From NCBI GenBank assembly GCA_002773985.1, contig PEZW01000018.1, positions 34,240 through 98,239 of the forward strand: a stretch of DNA of 64,000 bases. The letters are read 5' to 3'. Below the pieces are notes generated by a model. The model searched no databases and was not told the DNA's origin. It saw only the letters and a list, made by a program, of their open reading frames with translations. Both the position numbers and the translations under genes were made by a program. This document shows positions 45,488 to 56,042 of this stretch, in pieces (position 1 is the stretch's first letter; the number at the start of each line of letters is the position of its first letter). This DNA comes from Candidatus Berkelbacteria bacterium CG10_big_fil_rev_8_21_14_0_10_43_13. Its GTDB lineage: Bacteria; Patescibacteriota; UBA1384; XYA2-FULL-43-10; 1-14-0-10-43-13.

Positions 45488-46585
45488 ATGATCATCGGCA
45501 TCGACGCTTCAAAAGCAGCAGTCAAAAATAGAACTGGCATAGAAAATCTTGTCTATGAGCTTATTTTGAATTTGATAAAAATCGATCACAATAATATCTA
45601 TTATCTATACACCAACGCCCCTCTGCCAAAAGAACTCAAACACCAGCTAAATTTTATCGAAAAGTTAGATCGACGAAAACGTTTCTGGAATAGCTGGTTC
45701 TTACCCCAAATTGTTCGCACAAATAAGTGTGATGTCTATCTCCAGCCAACCGATAAAATTCCAGCAAGCGCCCCGAAAAAATCAATTGCAATTGTTCATG
45801 ACCTGGCTTGGAAGTATTTTCCCGCAGCATATTCTGTTCTCGGAAATATACGCCAAAGGCAGGCGATTGATAATTACTTACGCCGAGCCAAAAAACTAAT
45901 CTGCGTCAGTGAATCAACAAAAAATGACCTGACCAAATATTTTCCCGAAGCGAAATCAAAAGCCTCCGTCGTCCCGCTCGGATACGACAAAAATGTTTTT
46001 CATCCATTTTCGTCACCACGTGATTTGCTTAAAATTGATAGCCCTTATATTCTCTCTGTCGGACGTCTCGAGGAGCGAAAAAATACCGCTCGCCTGATAA
46101 ATGCATTTGTTAGCTTGAAAAAGGAGAAGGGGATCGAGCACAAACTTGTTCTCATCGGCTCGCCTGGATATAATTTTGATGTTATTTACAGATTGATCAA
46201 CGATGCGGGACAATATGCCAAAGATATCGTCTTGCCTGGCTTTATCAAACGCGATAAACTGGCCGAGGTAATCGCTCGCGCTGATGTCTTTGCGTTTCCG
46301 ACACTCTACGAAGGTTTTGGCTTGTCAGTTCTCGAAGCGTTGGCCTGTGGTGTCCCGGTAGTCACGTCCAATGTCTCGTCATTGCCGGAAATTGTTGGCA
46401 ACGCCGCTCTGCTCTGTAATCCCGAGGATGAAAATGACATTGGCGAAAAAATATTTCAATTTATCTCCGACGAAAAACTAAGAGATAAATATTCCCGTCG
46501 AGCCGTCGATCAAGCTACCAAGTTTTCTTGGGAAAAAACAGCAAGAGAGACTCTGAACATTATTGAGAAATGGAAAAATGAATAA
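45488..46585 (+). CDS. Glycosyltransferase family 4 (GT-B)
   Basis: EX7E motif (EGFGLSVLEALACGVPVV). Confidence 0.8.
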   Translation: MIIGIDASKAAVKNRTGIENLVYELILNLIKIDHNNIYYLYTNAPLPKELKHQLNFIEKLDRRKRFWNSWFLPQIVRTNKCDVYLQPTDKIPASAPKKSIAIVHDLAWKYFPAAYSVLGNIRQRQAIDNYLRRAKKLICVSESTKNDLTKYFPEAKSKASVVPLGYDKNVFHPFSSPRDLLKIDSPYILSVGRLEERKNTARLINAFVSLKKEKGIEHKLVLIGSPGYNFDVIYRLINDAGQYAKDIVLPGFIKRDKLAEVIARADVFAFPTLYEGFGLSVLEALACGVPVVTSNVSSLPEIVGNAALLCNPEDENDIGEKIFQFISDEKLRDKYSRRAVDQATKFSWEKTARETLNIIEKWKNE

Positions 46586-47735
46586 AACAGAAAATGAAAA
46601 AAATGGGCTAAAGGTCGCACTTGTTTGTGATTTTTTGACCAAGATGGGCGGCGCCCAAAAAACCCTTGCCGCCATCTGTGAACTTTATCCTGATGCGCCC
46701 ATTTATTGCATGATTTACGATGAAGAGGGGACGCACGGTATTTTTAAAAATCACAAAATAATTACTACTAGTCTGCAAAAATACCAGATATTTTTCCGAC
46801 AAAAACCAAAATATTTAATCGGTAAATATTCTCGAGCCGTCGAAGAACACGACCTTTCAAAATACGACGTTGTCATTTCCTCAAATGATTCCTATGCACA
46901 CGGCGTCATCACCAAACCGGAGACTTTCCACCTCTGCTACTGCCACACACCAACTCGCTATCTCTGGGACTGGACAAACGAATATCTGCATGAAAATAAT
47001 ATCGGTTGGGGTTTGAAAGGGTTGTATATCCGCAACATTCTCCACAAATATCGTCTCTGGGATCGAGCTTCAGCTGATCGCGTTGACCATTTTCTGGCTA
47101 ATTCGGAAAATGTTCGAAAAAGAATATCCAAATACTATCGACAAGATAGCCGTGTTTTATATCCACCAGTTGAAGTATCTGAAATTGAAATGGCAAAAGA
47201 TGGTCCAAGCGATTATTTTCTGATCGTCTCGCGACTCGAACCATACAAGCGCATCGACCTAGTTATCGATGTTTGCAATAAATTGCAGAAAAAATTGATT
47301 ATCGTCGGCGAGGGATCATCACAGGCAGATCTCGAAGCAATTTCCGGACCGACAATTAAATTCGTCGGTTGGCAAAGCGATGTGAAGACCTATCAATTTT
47401 ATCGTGATTGTCGCGCCTTTATCTTCGCCGGCGAGGATGATTTTGGCATCACACCTCTCGAGGCGATGGCGGCTGGGCGACCGGTTATCGCCTATAGTCG
47501 CGGCGGAGCACTGGAAACAGTTGTTCAAAACGTGACAGGAGTTTTTTTTGATAATCCGACGACCGAATCGCTCGAAAAAGCAATTGTCGAGCTGGAAGAA
47601 AAGTATGATACCTTCATACCACAAAATTGTCGCTCCCAAGCTGAGAAATTTTCTAAAGAAAAGTTTTTAGAACATCTAAGCCATCATGTCGATGATGGTT
47701 ACCGGAAATATTTGGAGAAAATGAAAAATGCCTAG
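46578..47735 (+). CDS. Glycosyltransferase family 4 (GT-B). Start taken at MNKTENEK.
   Basis: EX7E motif (DFGITPLEAMAAGRPVIA). Confidence 0.8.
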   Translation: MNKTENEKNGLKVALVCDFLTKMGGAQKTLAAICELYPDAPIYCMIYDEEGTHGIFKNHKIITTSLQKYQIFFRQKPKYLIGKYSRAVEEHDLSKYDVVISSNDSYAHGVITKPETFHLCYCHTPTRYLWDWTNEYLHENNIGWGLKGLYIRNILHKYRLWDRASADRVDHFLANSENVRKRISKYYRQDSRVLYPPVEVSEIEMAKDGPSDYFLIVSRLEPYKRIDLVIDVCNKLQKKLIIVGEGSSQADLEAISGPTIKFVGWQSDVKTYQFYRDCRAFIFAGEDDFGITPLEAMAAGRPVIAYSRGGALETVVQNVTGVFFDNPTTESLEKAIVELEEKYDTFIPQNCRSQAEKFSKEKFLEHLSHHVDDGYRKYLEKMKNA

Positions 47736-48567
47736 AAACATTATCAATGTCCTCGGTGTGACTTTTGACAATCTCTCTTTTGCTGAAGCAGAACAAAAAA
47801 TTGTTGACTTCGTCGAATCGAGCCAAAAATCAATTATCACTACTCCGAACACAGAGTTTGTCATTCGCGCCCAAACTGATGAAGAGTTCAAGGATATATT
47901 AAATAAAAAATCAAAACTAAATCTGCCAGACAGCTATGGCATCCTTTGGGCCGCCCATTTTCTCGATTTCAAAGCTCCAAAAAATAAATATTTACGTGCA
48001 ATTACTATTACTATTTACTGGTTTTTGTCACTTTTATTTCTGCCACTTGCTACTAGGCGTTATCACACACCACTTCAAGAAAAAATCTCCGGGTCTGATT
48101 TTATCTGGTCTATTGCCAAGGTCGCCGCTCAAAACAAGTACCGTCTTTTTCTTTTTGGCGGCACCGCCACAGTTGCCGAACGAGTCGCCCTGAAACTCCA
48201 AACCGATGTCCCAGGCCTTCGTGTTGCTGGCGTCTTCGATGGAAAAATAGGTGCCAAGGGCTCAGAAATAATTGAGGTGATCAATCATTCCAAAGCCGAC
48301 ATCTTGCTTGCCTGCCTTGGCGCGCCCAAGCAAGAACGTTGGCTTGTCGAAAACTTAGCCAAAACTTGTTGCAAAGTCGGCGTCGGTCTCGGCGGTACTT
48401 TTGATTTCATCGCCAAGATAACACCGCGCGCTCCGCACTGGATGCAAAAAAGTGGGCTAGAGTGGCTTTATCGCTTAATTCACGAACCAAATCGAGCCAA
48501 ACGTCAACTCGCCCTACCCAAACTCGCTTGGCTGGTCTTGAGGGAAAAGATGAAACAACCCTCTTGA
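47728..48567 (+). CDS. WecB/TagA/CpsF-family glycosyltransferase (GT26) with a hydrophobic insertion
   Basis: LGAPKQERWL and C-terminal WLYRLIHEPNR blocks typical of TagA/WecG. Confidence 0.75.
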   Translation: MPRNIINVLGVTFDNLSFAEAEQKIVDFVESSQKSIITTPNTEFVIRAQTDEEFKDILNKKSKLNLPDSYGILWAAHFLDFKAPKNKYLRAITITIYWFLSLLFLPLATRRYHTPLQEKISGSDFIWSIAKVAAQNKYRLFLFGGTATVAERVALKLQTDVPGLRVAGVFDGKIGAKGSEIIEVINHSKADILLACLGAPKQERWLVENLAKTCCKVGVGLGGTFDFIAKITPRAPHWMQKSGLEWLYRLIHEPNRAKRQLALPKLAWLVLREKMKQPS

Positions 48568-48640
48568 TTTTTAGGCTACTTTGAGTTAAAGTATAATCAA
48601 TGTTAGTGGTCCTTCGGACCACTTCTTTTTTTCAGAAATG

Positions 48641-48776
48641 TAACTGCTCATTTGCAGTGTCATTCCCGCGCAGGCGGGAATCCAGGCAGCACAAACTTTT
48701 TATGGATCCCCGGGCACCACTCTCGAGAACACCGCTGGTCCCGAGGATGACAATGATAGGGTGAGTGAGTAGTTAC
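48641..48776. repeat. MITE-like element (TGTAACTGCTCA ... GAGTAGTTACA, with GTCATTCCCGCGCAGGCGGGAATCC hairpin)
   Basis: Same termini and core hairpin as the copy at 50041. Confidence 0.5.
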
Positions 48777-48848
48777 AAAAAAATACACAGTTCAAATATT
48801 GAACTCTGTGCTATAATTAAATTTAAGATTTAGATAAGAGGAGTTGTT

Positions 48849-50030
48849 ATGAAACAAGTTAGCCCGTTCATGTTGGCGATAGACGACATTTGCGAAGAAA
48901 AAGGTTTGGACAAGGCAATTATTTTGGAAACTGTCGAGGCAGCACTTGCTGCTGCTTATCGTAAGGACTATGGTAAAGCACGACAGATAATTCGCACCAA
49001 GCTAAACCCGGAAACCGGTCAAGCTGAAATGTTTCGCATCTATGACGTCATCGAGGACCCCGAAGAGATCAAGGAACACGAACACGAGCTGACACTAGAT
49101 GAAGCAAAGGAAATTGACGCCAAAGCCGAATACGGCAAAGAAGTTATCGTCCCGCTACCACACCACGATGATTTTGGTCGTATCGCCGCCCAGACCGCCA
49201 AGCAGGTTATCATCCAGCGCATTCGTGAAGCTGAGCGCGACTTACTCTTTGCTGAGTTCAAAGACAAGGAAAACAAAATCATCACTGCAACAGTTTCCCA
49301 GCTTGAAGGCAGAAATATTGTTGTCAGCCTTGGTAAGGTAAATGGTATTTTGTATCCCTCCGAGCAAATTCCCAACGAGCGCTATCATCTAGGCCAAAGA
49401 CTAAAGGTTGTCGTCAAGGAGGTTTCACAGTCGGTCAAGGGTCCACAGATTATCGTTTCTAGAAGCAACGAAGAGCTTATTCGAGGACTATTTGAAATCG
49501 AGGTGCCAGAGATTCTGGCTGGCACTGTCGAGATAAAAAGTATCGCCCGAGAAGCTGGCTTCAGGACAAAAATTGCCGTCATCGCCACAGAAGACAAGGT
49601 TGATCCGGTCGGTTCGTGCGTCGGTCAACGTGGCACCAGGGTCCAGGCCGTACTTGATGAGATTGGCATGGAGAAAATTGATATAGTTCTCTGGGATGAA
49701 GATGTCGAACAATTTATCATGAACGCTTTGTCGCCAGCCAAGACTCGCCAGATTCAAATTTCATCCAAAGACAGCAAGGCTACCGTTTACGTCGACACCG
49801 ACAACCTATCACTTGCAATCGGCAAAAATGGTCAAAACGTTCGTCTTGCCTCAAAACTTACTGGATGGGGGATCGACATCAAATCACTTGAAGACCTCGG
49901 CGAAGAAGCAGCTGCTGAAGCAGTTGAGAAGAAAGAGATGACTATCAGTACTGCCAAAAAAGCTCCAGCCAAGAAGAAGGTATCAAAAAAGTCAAAGGCC
50001 AAAAAAGACAAAATTATTGACGAAGAATAA
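48849..50030 (+). CDS. nusA: Transcription termination/antitermination factor NusA
   Basis: NusA N-terminal domain, S1 domain (LGQRLKVVVKEV) and two KH domains. Length 393 aa, with a Lys-rich tail. Confidence 0.9.
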   Translation: MKQVSPFMLAIDDICEEKGLDKAIILETVEAALAAAYRKDYGKARQIIRTKLNPETGQAEMFRIYDVIEDPEEIKEHEHELTLDEAKEIDAKAEYGKEVIVPLPHHDDFGRIAAQTAKQVIIQRIREAERDLLFAEFKDKENKIITATVSQLEGRNIVVSLGKVNGILYPSEQIPNERYHLGQRLKVVVKEVSQSVKGPQIIVSRSNEELIRGLFEIEVPEILAGTVEIKSIAREAGFRTKIAVIATEDKVDPVGSCVGQRGTRVQAVLDEIGMEKIDIVLWDEDVEQFIMNALSPAKTRQIQISSKDSKATVYVDTDNLSLAIGKNGQNVRLASKLTGWGIDIKSLEDLGEEAAAEAVEKKEMTISTAKKAPAKKKVSKKSKAKKDKIIDEE

Positions 50031-50040
50031 CTCACTTTTA

Positions 50041-50165
50041 ATGTCTACTCGTATTATTCTGTCATTCCCGCGCAGGCGGGAATCCAGGCGAGTTGAATAA
50101 TTTCGAAAGCAAAGTATTGCAACCAAACTTCCTGGATCCCGGATCAGTGTCCGGGATGACAAAAA
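50041..50165. repeat. MITE-like element (GTCATTCCCGCGCAGGCGGGAATCC ... GTCCGGGATGAC)
   Basis: Its core hairpin is identical to the one at 48641. Confidence 0.5.
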
Positions 50166-50192
50166 CGCAATATTATTTTTTGAGGAACAAAA

Positions 50193-52709
50193 ATGAACAA
50201 TGATATATTCAATAAATTCACCCCTAGTCTGAAGAAAACTTTGATAGACGCAGAGCAAATCGCTCGCGAACGCAATCTCACTCTCGACACGGAGCACCAG
50301 CTTTTGGCCATTTTGCAAAATAGGGATACTTTGGCCGCTGAGATACTGACAAGCTTTGATGTTACCTCCGATAGAGCCGAGCTGATCTCGTCGCTGATCT
50401 CGCACAAAAAAACCAAAACGACAAAACCTACAGTGATTACTGAATCAGCCAAAAAATCCCTCCAACTTGCCGTTCAAACGGCTCTAAAATACCGCCATTC
50501 CAATGTTGGCTCAGAACACCTTCTCCTGGCTCTGATTTCCAATAAAATGTTTAACTCATATCTCGTTATCGAGCGTATCGGTGTTGACCCGAAAAAAATC
50601 AAGAAACAGGTCGAGTCAATCTTCAATGGTATCAATCAATCGTTTAATCAGCTGGACAGTCAACCACAAATCAATCCAATGATAAACCCGAGCAATCTCC
50701 TAGAAGACGAAGGAATAGCTGATGAACAGTTTTTCGGTCCAATGCCACCGATGCCAGGTTTAAATAATCCTGCCCAAACAAAAGAATCTACTCTCGACAC
50801 CCATTCGACAAATCTAACTGCACTGACAAAAACAAAGAAACTAGATCCGGTGATCGGCCGAGAAAAGGAGATTCATCGTTTGATCCAGACACTATCGCGC
50901 CGAACGAAAAACAATCCGGTGCTTGTCGGCGAGCCGGGTGTCGGAAAAACAGCGATTGTCGAAGGTCTAGCCCAGAAAATTATCAAGGGCGAAGTTCCTG
51001 AAAAAATTGCTAATACCGAAATTTTGTCTCTCGATTTAGGCTCGATTCTAGCTGGAACGATGTACCGTGGCCAATTTGAAAGCCGAGTCAAAAAGATTTT
51101 GGCCGAAATAGAGAAACGCAAAAACATCATTCTTTTCGTCGACGAAGTTCATATGATCATCGGCGCTGGTTCGACCGAAGGTTCGGTCGACGCCGCAAAC
51201 CTGCTCAAACCAATGTTGGCCAAAGGCAAGCTCCGTCTGATCGGCGCGACAACATTTAACGAGTACAAGAAATATATCGAAAAAGACTCCGCCTTCGAGC
51301 GACGCTTCCAACCGATCAAGGTTGAGGAACCGACTCGTGACGAAGCATATAAAATTTTGACTGGGATTAAGAGTTATTACGAAGAATTTCATCATGTAAA
51401 ATATAGTCCCGAATCTCTCGATGCTGCCGTCGATTTTTCCATCCGCTATATTCATGACCGATCCCTGCCAGACAAGGCGATTGACCTGATCGACGAAGCC
51501 GGCGCCGCCCATAACTCCGAGGTCAAGAAGGCTGATCCGCTGTCAAAATTACAAAAAGAATTAGCTCAAATTTCACGTGAAAAAGAAAAATTAATTGACG
51601 CTGAGAAATACGAACAAGCAACGCTTTTGCGCGAAAAAAGCTTAAAACTCCAAAACAAAATCAAGCAACTAAAGTCAGACCGAAAAGCCGCTTCTGTTCC
51701 CGAAATAAATGCCCGAGATATCGCTGATTTAGTTTCCGAGTGGACTGGAGTACCCGTGACCACGATGTCGCTCAAGGAGAGAAGCAGCTACATAAATCTT
51801 GATAAGAAATTGAAAAAATACATCGTCGGACAGGACGAAGCGATCGTCGAGCTGGCCCGGGCGATCAAACGAGCTCGAACTGGTATCGCCAATCCGGCCA
51901 GACCGATTGGCTCCTTCATCTTCCTCGGCCCGACCGGGGTAGGCAAGACCGAACTGGCCAAGGTTTTAGCGCGCGAAATCTTTGGTAGTGAAAAAACACT
52001 GGTCAAAATAGATATGTCTGAGTTTGCCGAGAAGCACAATGTTGCTCGCTTGATTGGCGCGCCTGCGGGCTACATCGGCTACGAAGAAGGTGGCAAGCTG
52101 ACGGAGAAAATTCGCCAAAATCCTTACTCTGTCATTCTCTTCGACGAGATCGAGAAGGCTCATCCTGAAGTCTTTAATATTTTACTACAAATCATGGATG
52201 AGGGGGCACTGACCGACGCAAAGGGTCGCACAGTTGATTTCAAAAATACTATTATCATCATGACTTCAAATCTCGGCACTGATATCATTCGTCGCCAAGC
52301 AGCGATCGGTTTTGGTCACTCGAAATCAGACCAAGGCAGATATGAGATGATGAAAGAAAACGTCATCGAGACTGTCGAGAAAACTTTTCGACCGGAATTT
52401 ATCAACCGACTCGACAAAGTCATCGTCTTTTCACCACTGAGCAAAATCGTCATTCGCAAAATTGTCGATCTACAAATTGGCGAATTAGTCACACGATTGG
52501 CAAATAAAAATATTAAGCTGGTCGTTCCGATCGATGTCCGCAAATTCATCGCTGACAAGAGTTATTCCGACGACTACGGTGCCAGACCCATCCGCAAATT
52601 CATCGCCGACAAGATCGAAAGCATTCTCTCTGACAAACTGCTCGAACATGACACAGCCGAAAACCTAACTCTAAAATTGAAGCTGGAAAAAGATAAAATA
52701 ATTTTATAA
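50193..52709 (+). CDS. clpC: ATP-dependent Clp protease ATP-binding subunit ClpC
   Basis: Two Clp_N repeats, two AAA+ modules (GEPGVGKT and GPTGVGKT) and a UvrB/C-like motif between them. Confidence 0.9.
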   Translation: MNNDIFNKFTPSLKKTLIDAEQIARERNLTLDTEHQLLAILQNRDTLAAEILTSFDVTSDRAELISSLISHKKTKTTKPTVITESAKKSLQLAVQTALKYRHSNVGSEHLLLALISNKMFNSYLVIERIGVDPKKIKKQVESIFNGINQSFNQLDSQPQINPMINPSNLLEDEGIADEQFFGPMPPMPGLNNPAQTKESTLDTHSTNLTALTKTKKLDPVIGREKEIHRLIQTLSRRTKNNPVLVGEPGVGKTAIVEGLAQKIIKGEVPEKIANTEILSLDLGSILAGTMYRGQFESRVKKILAEIEKRKNIILFVDEVHMIIGAGSTEGSVDAANLLKPMLAKGKLRLIGATTFNEYKKYIEKDSAFERRFQPIKVEEPTRDEAYKILTGIKSYYEEFHHVKYSPESLDAAVDFSIRYIHDRSLPDKAIDLIDEAGAAHNSEVKKADPLSKLQKELAQISREKEKLIDAEKYEQATLLREKSLKLQNKIKQLKSDRKAASVPEINARDIADLVSEWTGVPVTTMSLKERSSYINLDKKLKKYIVGQDEAIVELARAIKRARTGIANPARPIGSFIFLGPTGVGKTELAKVLAREIFGSEKTLVKIDMSEFAEKHNVARLIGAPAGYIGYEEGGKLTEKIRQNPYSVILFDEIEKAHPEVFNILLQIMDEGALTDAKGRTVDFKNTIIIMTSNLGTDIIRRQAAIGFGHSKSDQGRYEMMKENVIETVEKTFRPEFINRLDKVIVFSPLSKIVIRKIVDLQIGELVTRLANKNIKLVVPIDVRKFIADKSYSDDYGARPIRKFIADKIESILSDKLLEHDTAENLTLKLKLEKDKIIL

Positions 52710-52853
52710 ATTTCTCTATTTATATAAATAATGTCACTCTGAATGCACATGAAGAGTCTGTTTTCTGATTCTGAATGCAAATTCAATCACGGGACGCTCG
52801 GCGACCAAATCAATGGTCTGCCAAACGTCCCGCACGGCTTGTAGGTGGACAGA

Positions 52854-53288
52854 CTAGCCGTCACCATCAAGACTCTGAAGCAGTTCCCCGAGACCGCTGA
52901 TGAGGGTATTGTCCATCAGCCGAGCGGAGCTTGCCATGTAACTAATGTCAACCAGCCCCCCTGACAGCTTGGCCAATGTGGTCGCGGAAACTCTCATGAC
53001 CTCGGGGTCGTCTGTCGTCTTGATCTTGGCCGACAGTACCTCAACGACCGATTCCAGGGCGTACTTCAACACCCTGAGATCATCCTGCGTCTGCACCCTT
53101 GTGAAGAAGGCGCCGAGGTTGGCGCCATCATGAAGCTCGAGTAGCCTCAAGATCTCATTCGCCAGACTGGTGATCGTCATGGCGGCTGGCGATGCCTCAG
53201 GAATGAGATCCCCGAAGTACACAGCGAGCTTGCCCTCGTCCAGCGGATCGCTCTCGTCACCAAATCGGTCCGAACCTGTGTCACTCAT
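52854..53288 (-). CDS. Hypothetical acidic protein encoded in a GC-rich segment (start taken at MSDTGS)
   Basis: ORF with visibly higher GC than its neighbours. A palindromic GAGTACTCAGTAC...GTACTGAGTACT site lies upstream (53365-53410), and a CGGGACG/CGTCCCG hairpin lies downstream. Confidence 0.4.
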   Translation of the reverse strand: MSDTGSDRFGDESDPLDEGKLAVYFGDLIPEASPAAMTITSLANEILRLLELHDGANLGAFFTRVQTQDDLRVLKYALESVVEVLSAKIKTTDDPEVMRVSATTLAKLSGGLVDISYMASSARLMDNTLISGLGELLQSLDGDG

Positions 53289-53496
53289 CTCGACTCCCTT
53301 TGTCAGTGCGATGGCAAAAGAGTACAATATTAAGACAAATTTTGCAATATTTCTCCTGAGTACTCAGTACTATGCACTGCATACTGCGTACTGAGTACTA
53401 TCTAGATTTGACTTTCACGCTTGAGTCCTGCTAAAATTGGCTCAGTTGAGATCGAATTCTGAATAATATCATTCTTAATTCTGAAAGAGGAACTCT

Positions 53497-54792
53497 ATGG
53501 GCAAACAAGTCTATCAAACAGCGCGGGGAACCAAGGATATCCTACCAGCCGAACAGCCGTACTGGGCACAGATCAAACAAGTTGCCGAAAAAACCTTACT
53601 TGGACTCGGTTTTGGCCGCATCACACTGCCGCATTTTGAAGACGCTGATATCTACACCAAGGGGATCGGCGCTGATACTGACATCGTGTCCAAGGAAATG
53701 TTTTATCTCAAATCTCACACTGATAGCGACTCGGTCAAACTTGCCCTCCGACCCGAAGGTACTGCCGGCGCTGTCCGCTCTTATATCCAAAACGGTATGT
53801 CAAGTTTGTCACAGCCCGTCCGCCTATATTACACCGGCGCTATGTTTCGTCACGAGCGACCACAAAAGGGCCGCTTTCGTGAATTTTATCAGGTCGGCGT
53901 CGAGATTTTTGGCGATGATTCAGCCAAAGCTGATTATCTCGTCATAATGTCTGCTTGGGAGATCCTGAATCGTCTTGGTTTAAAAAACTTAATCGTCTAT
54001 GCCAATTCGATCGGCTGCCCGAAATGTCGGCCGAAATATATTGCGAAATTAAAAAAATATTACAAAAGTCATCTCGACAATCTCTGCACTGATTGCCAAA
54101 ATCGTTATGAAGTCAATCCACTTCGCCTGCTCGATTGTAAGGAAGACAGTTGTCAGAAGGTCGCCAAGGGCGCCCCGACCATGCTCGACAATCTCTGCAC
54201 TGATTGCAAGACACATTTCCAGCAAACTCTCGAGTATCTTGATTATTTCAACATCCGCTACGATCTGGATCCGACACTGGTCCGCGGCCTCGATTATTAC
54301 ACGCGGACTGTTTTCGAAATCGTTGATAAGAGTGACAAGGGGCGCAAAAACACCATTGTCGGCGGGGGTCGCTACGACGGCTTGGTCGAATTACTTGGTG
54401 GTCATTCGACTCCAGCTGTCGGCTATTCGATCGGGCTAGAGAGACTGGTTGGGGCGATGAAAGAGCAGGGGATTAAGCCGCCAAAAACTCGCGGCGTTGA
54501 AGTCTGTATTCTCCAGCTCGGTGACAAAGCGCGAGAAATTTCCAAAAAAATTTACGACACCTTGGCAAAATCTGATATAAATGTTTATTTTGTCCCTAGT
54601 AATGATGGTATCCGACCACAGATCAAGTCAGCTGCCAAGATTGGGGCAACATACGCCGTCATCATCGGCCAGAAGGAAGCGCTCAACGATGAGATTATTC
54701 TGCGCGACCTGACCTCGTCCTCACAGGAAGTTTTCTCCTCCAAGGATATCGCCGAAGAGATCAAGAACCGCTTGATCAAATGTGAATGCTAA
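53497..54792 (+). CDS. hisS: Histidyl-tRNA synthetase
   Basis: Class II motifs (LRPEGTAGAVRSY and FRHERPQKGRFREFYQVG), a Cys-rich insertion domain and a C-terminal anticodon-binding domain. Confidence 0.9.
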   Translation: MGKQVYQTARGTKDILPAEQPYWAQIKQVAEKTLLGLGFGRITLPHFEDADIYTKGIGADTDIVSKEMFYLKSHTDSDSVKLALRPEGTAGAVRSYIQNGMSSLSQPVRLYYTGAMFRHERPQKGRFREFYQVGVEIFGDDSAKADYLVIMSAWEILNRLGLKNLIVYANSIGCPKCRPKYIAKLKKYYKSHLDNLCTDCQNRYEVNPLRLLDCKEDSCQKVAKGAPTMLDNLCTDCKTHFQQTLEYLDYFNIRYDLDPTLVRGLDYYTRTVFEIVDKSDKGRKNTIVGGGRYDGLVELLGGHSTPAVGYSIGLERLVGAMKEQGIKPPKTRGVEVCILQLGDKAREISKKIYDTLAKSDINVYFVPSNDGIRPQIKSAAKIGATYAVIIGQKEALNDEIILRDLTSSSQEVFSSKDIAEEIKNRLIKCEC

Positions 54793-54840
54793 CAACTTTG
54801 AACTTTACATACTTTTTTACTTTATAAACTTTCTCACTTT

Positions 54841-55293
54841 ATGAACTTATCCCTTGTTCTCGACAATATCCGCTCGATGCAAAACGTCGGTTCGATTTTT
54901 CGAACCGCCGACGCTGCTGGAGTTAGTAAGATTTATCTCTGTGGCTTCACGCCCAAACCACCGCGCAAGGAGATCGACAAAGCGGCTCTCGGCGCCGTTG
55001 ATTTTGTCGAGTGGGAATACCAAGACAATTTAAAAAATTTAATTTTCAATTTAAAAACAAAAGGGATTAAAATCATTGCCCTCGAACAGCATGAAAACTC
55101 AACCCCTTATACGTCATACGTTATACCTAATACGAATACTCTCGCTCTCATCGTCGGTAACGAAGTCGACGGCATCTCCAAAGAAATTTTGGAACTATGC
55201 GACGACATTATCGAAATCCCGATGCACGGCCAGAAGAATTCTCTAAATGTTGCCGTCGCCACAGGCATCGTGTTATTCGAATTAATAAAATAA
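54841..55293 (+). CDS. SpoU/TrmH-family RNA 2'-O-methyltransferase (SPOUT)
   Basis: SPOUT motifs NVGSIFRTADAAGV, LIVGNEVDGIS, and the knot region NSLNVAVATGIVLFE. Confidence 0.8.
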   Translation: MNLSLVLDNIRSMQNVGSIFRTADAAGVSKIYLCGFTPKPPRKEIDKAALGAVDFVEWEYQDNLKNLIFNLKTKGIKIIALEQHENSTPYTSYVIPNTNTLALIVGNEVDGISKEILELCDDIIEIPMHGQKNSLNVAVATGIVLFELIK

Positions 55294-55383
55294 TTTTATT
55301 ACAAACAAACACACCACTCTAATAGATCTTTAAGTCTTTAAATCATTAAACACACTATTCTTTTCTATACTTCCGCTATTACT

Positions 55384-55426
55384 TTTTATCCTTTTGACTA
55401 ACGATCGTTGTATAAAAGGATAAAAA
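55384..55426. promoter_or_regulatory. 42-bp palindrome TTTTATCCTTTT-gactaaCGATCGttgtat-AAAAGGATAAAA (left copy)
   Basis: Outer 12-bp arms are perfect with an AACGATCGTT core. It lies 17 nt upstream of the 55443 ATG. Confidence 0.5.
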
Positions 55427-55442
55427 GTTTTAGAATTACATT

Positions 55443-56042
55443 ATGATCCAAAAAGAGACAAAAGAAATTATTAAATTAACTAGCAAGGAAATTTTACTTC
55501 TTTTTGCGGACGGGGTGGCATCTCTCGGATTTGCATTTACAAAATCCAAAAAAGACAAAAATGCTTTAGGAAAATATTTAGATGAACGATCCATCGATCG
55601 ATCAGATTTTTCACGAAAAATATATCGTCTCAAGCAACGCGGTTATATCCGAAAAATCGTTGAAAACAAGAGTGATTATATTGAGCTTACCGACTTAGGT
55701 AAAAATCGTGTAGAGATAAATTATTTAAATGAGCTGAAACCGAGAATTTCAGATCACTGGGACAAAAAATGGCGAATTATAATTTTTGACATTCCGGAAA
55801 AGTACCGCACAATCCGTGATGTCATCCGTTCAAAACTTTATGAACTTGGTTTTATCCAGGTTCAAAAAAGCGTGTTTGTATATCCGTTTGATTGCCATCA
55901 TGATATACAATTAATTTGTAAACATTATGGTGGATCAACCTATATTAAATATATGATCGCAGAAATTATTGAGGGGGAAGAAGAGTTCATAGAAATATTT
56001 ATTAATAATAACATACTAACTAAAGATATTTTATCCTTTTAA
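55443..56042 (+). CDS. wHTH plus Cas2-fold (PaaX-C-like) putative transcriptional regulator
   Basis: The C-terminal WRIIIFDIPEKYRTIRDVIRSKLYELGFIQVQKSVFVYPFD resembles the Cas2/PaaX_C fold, and the N-terminal region looks like a wHTH. No CRISPR array is present. Confidence 0.5.
   Translation: MIQKETKEIIKLTSKEILLLFADGVASLGFAFTKSKKDKNALGKYLDERSIDRSDFSRKIYRLKQRGYIRKIVENKSDYIELTDLGKNRVEINYLNELKPRISDHWDKKWRIIIFDIPEKYRTIRDVIRSKLYELGFIQVQKSVFVYPFDCHHDIQLICKHYGGSTYIKYMIAEIIEGEEEFIEIFINNNILTKDILSF

Noticed and set aside
55443-56042. Cas2-like protein, suggesting a CRISPR locus
   Set aside because: No repeat-spacer array, cas1 or other cas genes anywhere in the window. The Cas2-like fold with an N-terminal wHTH fits a PaaX-type regulator better.
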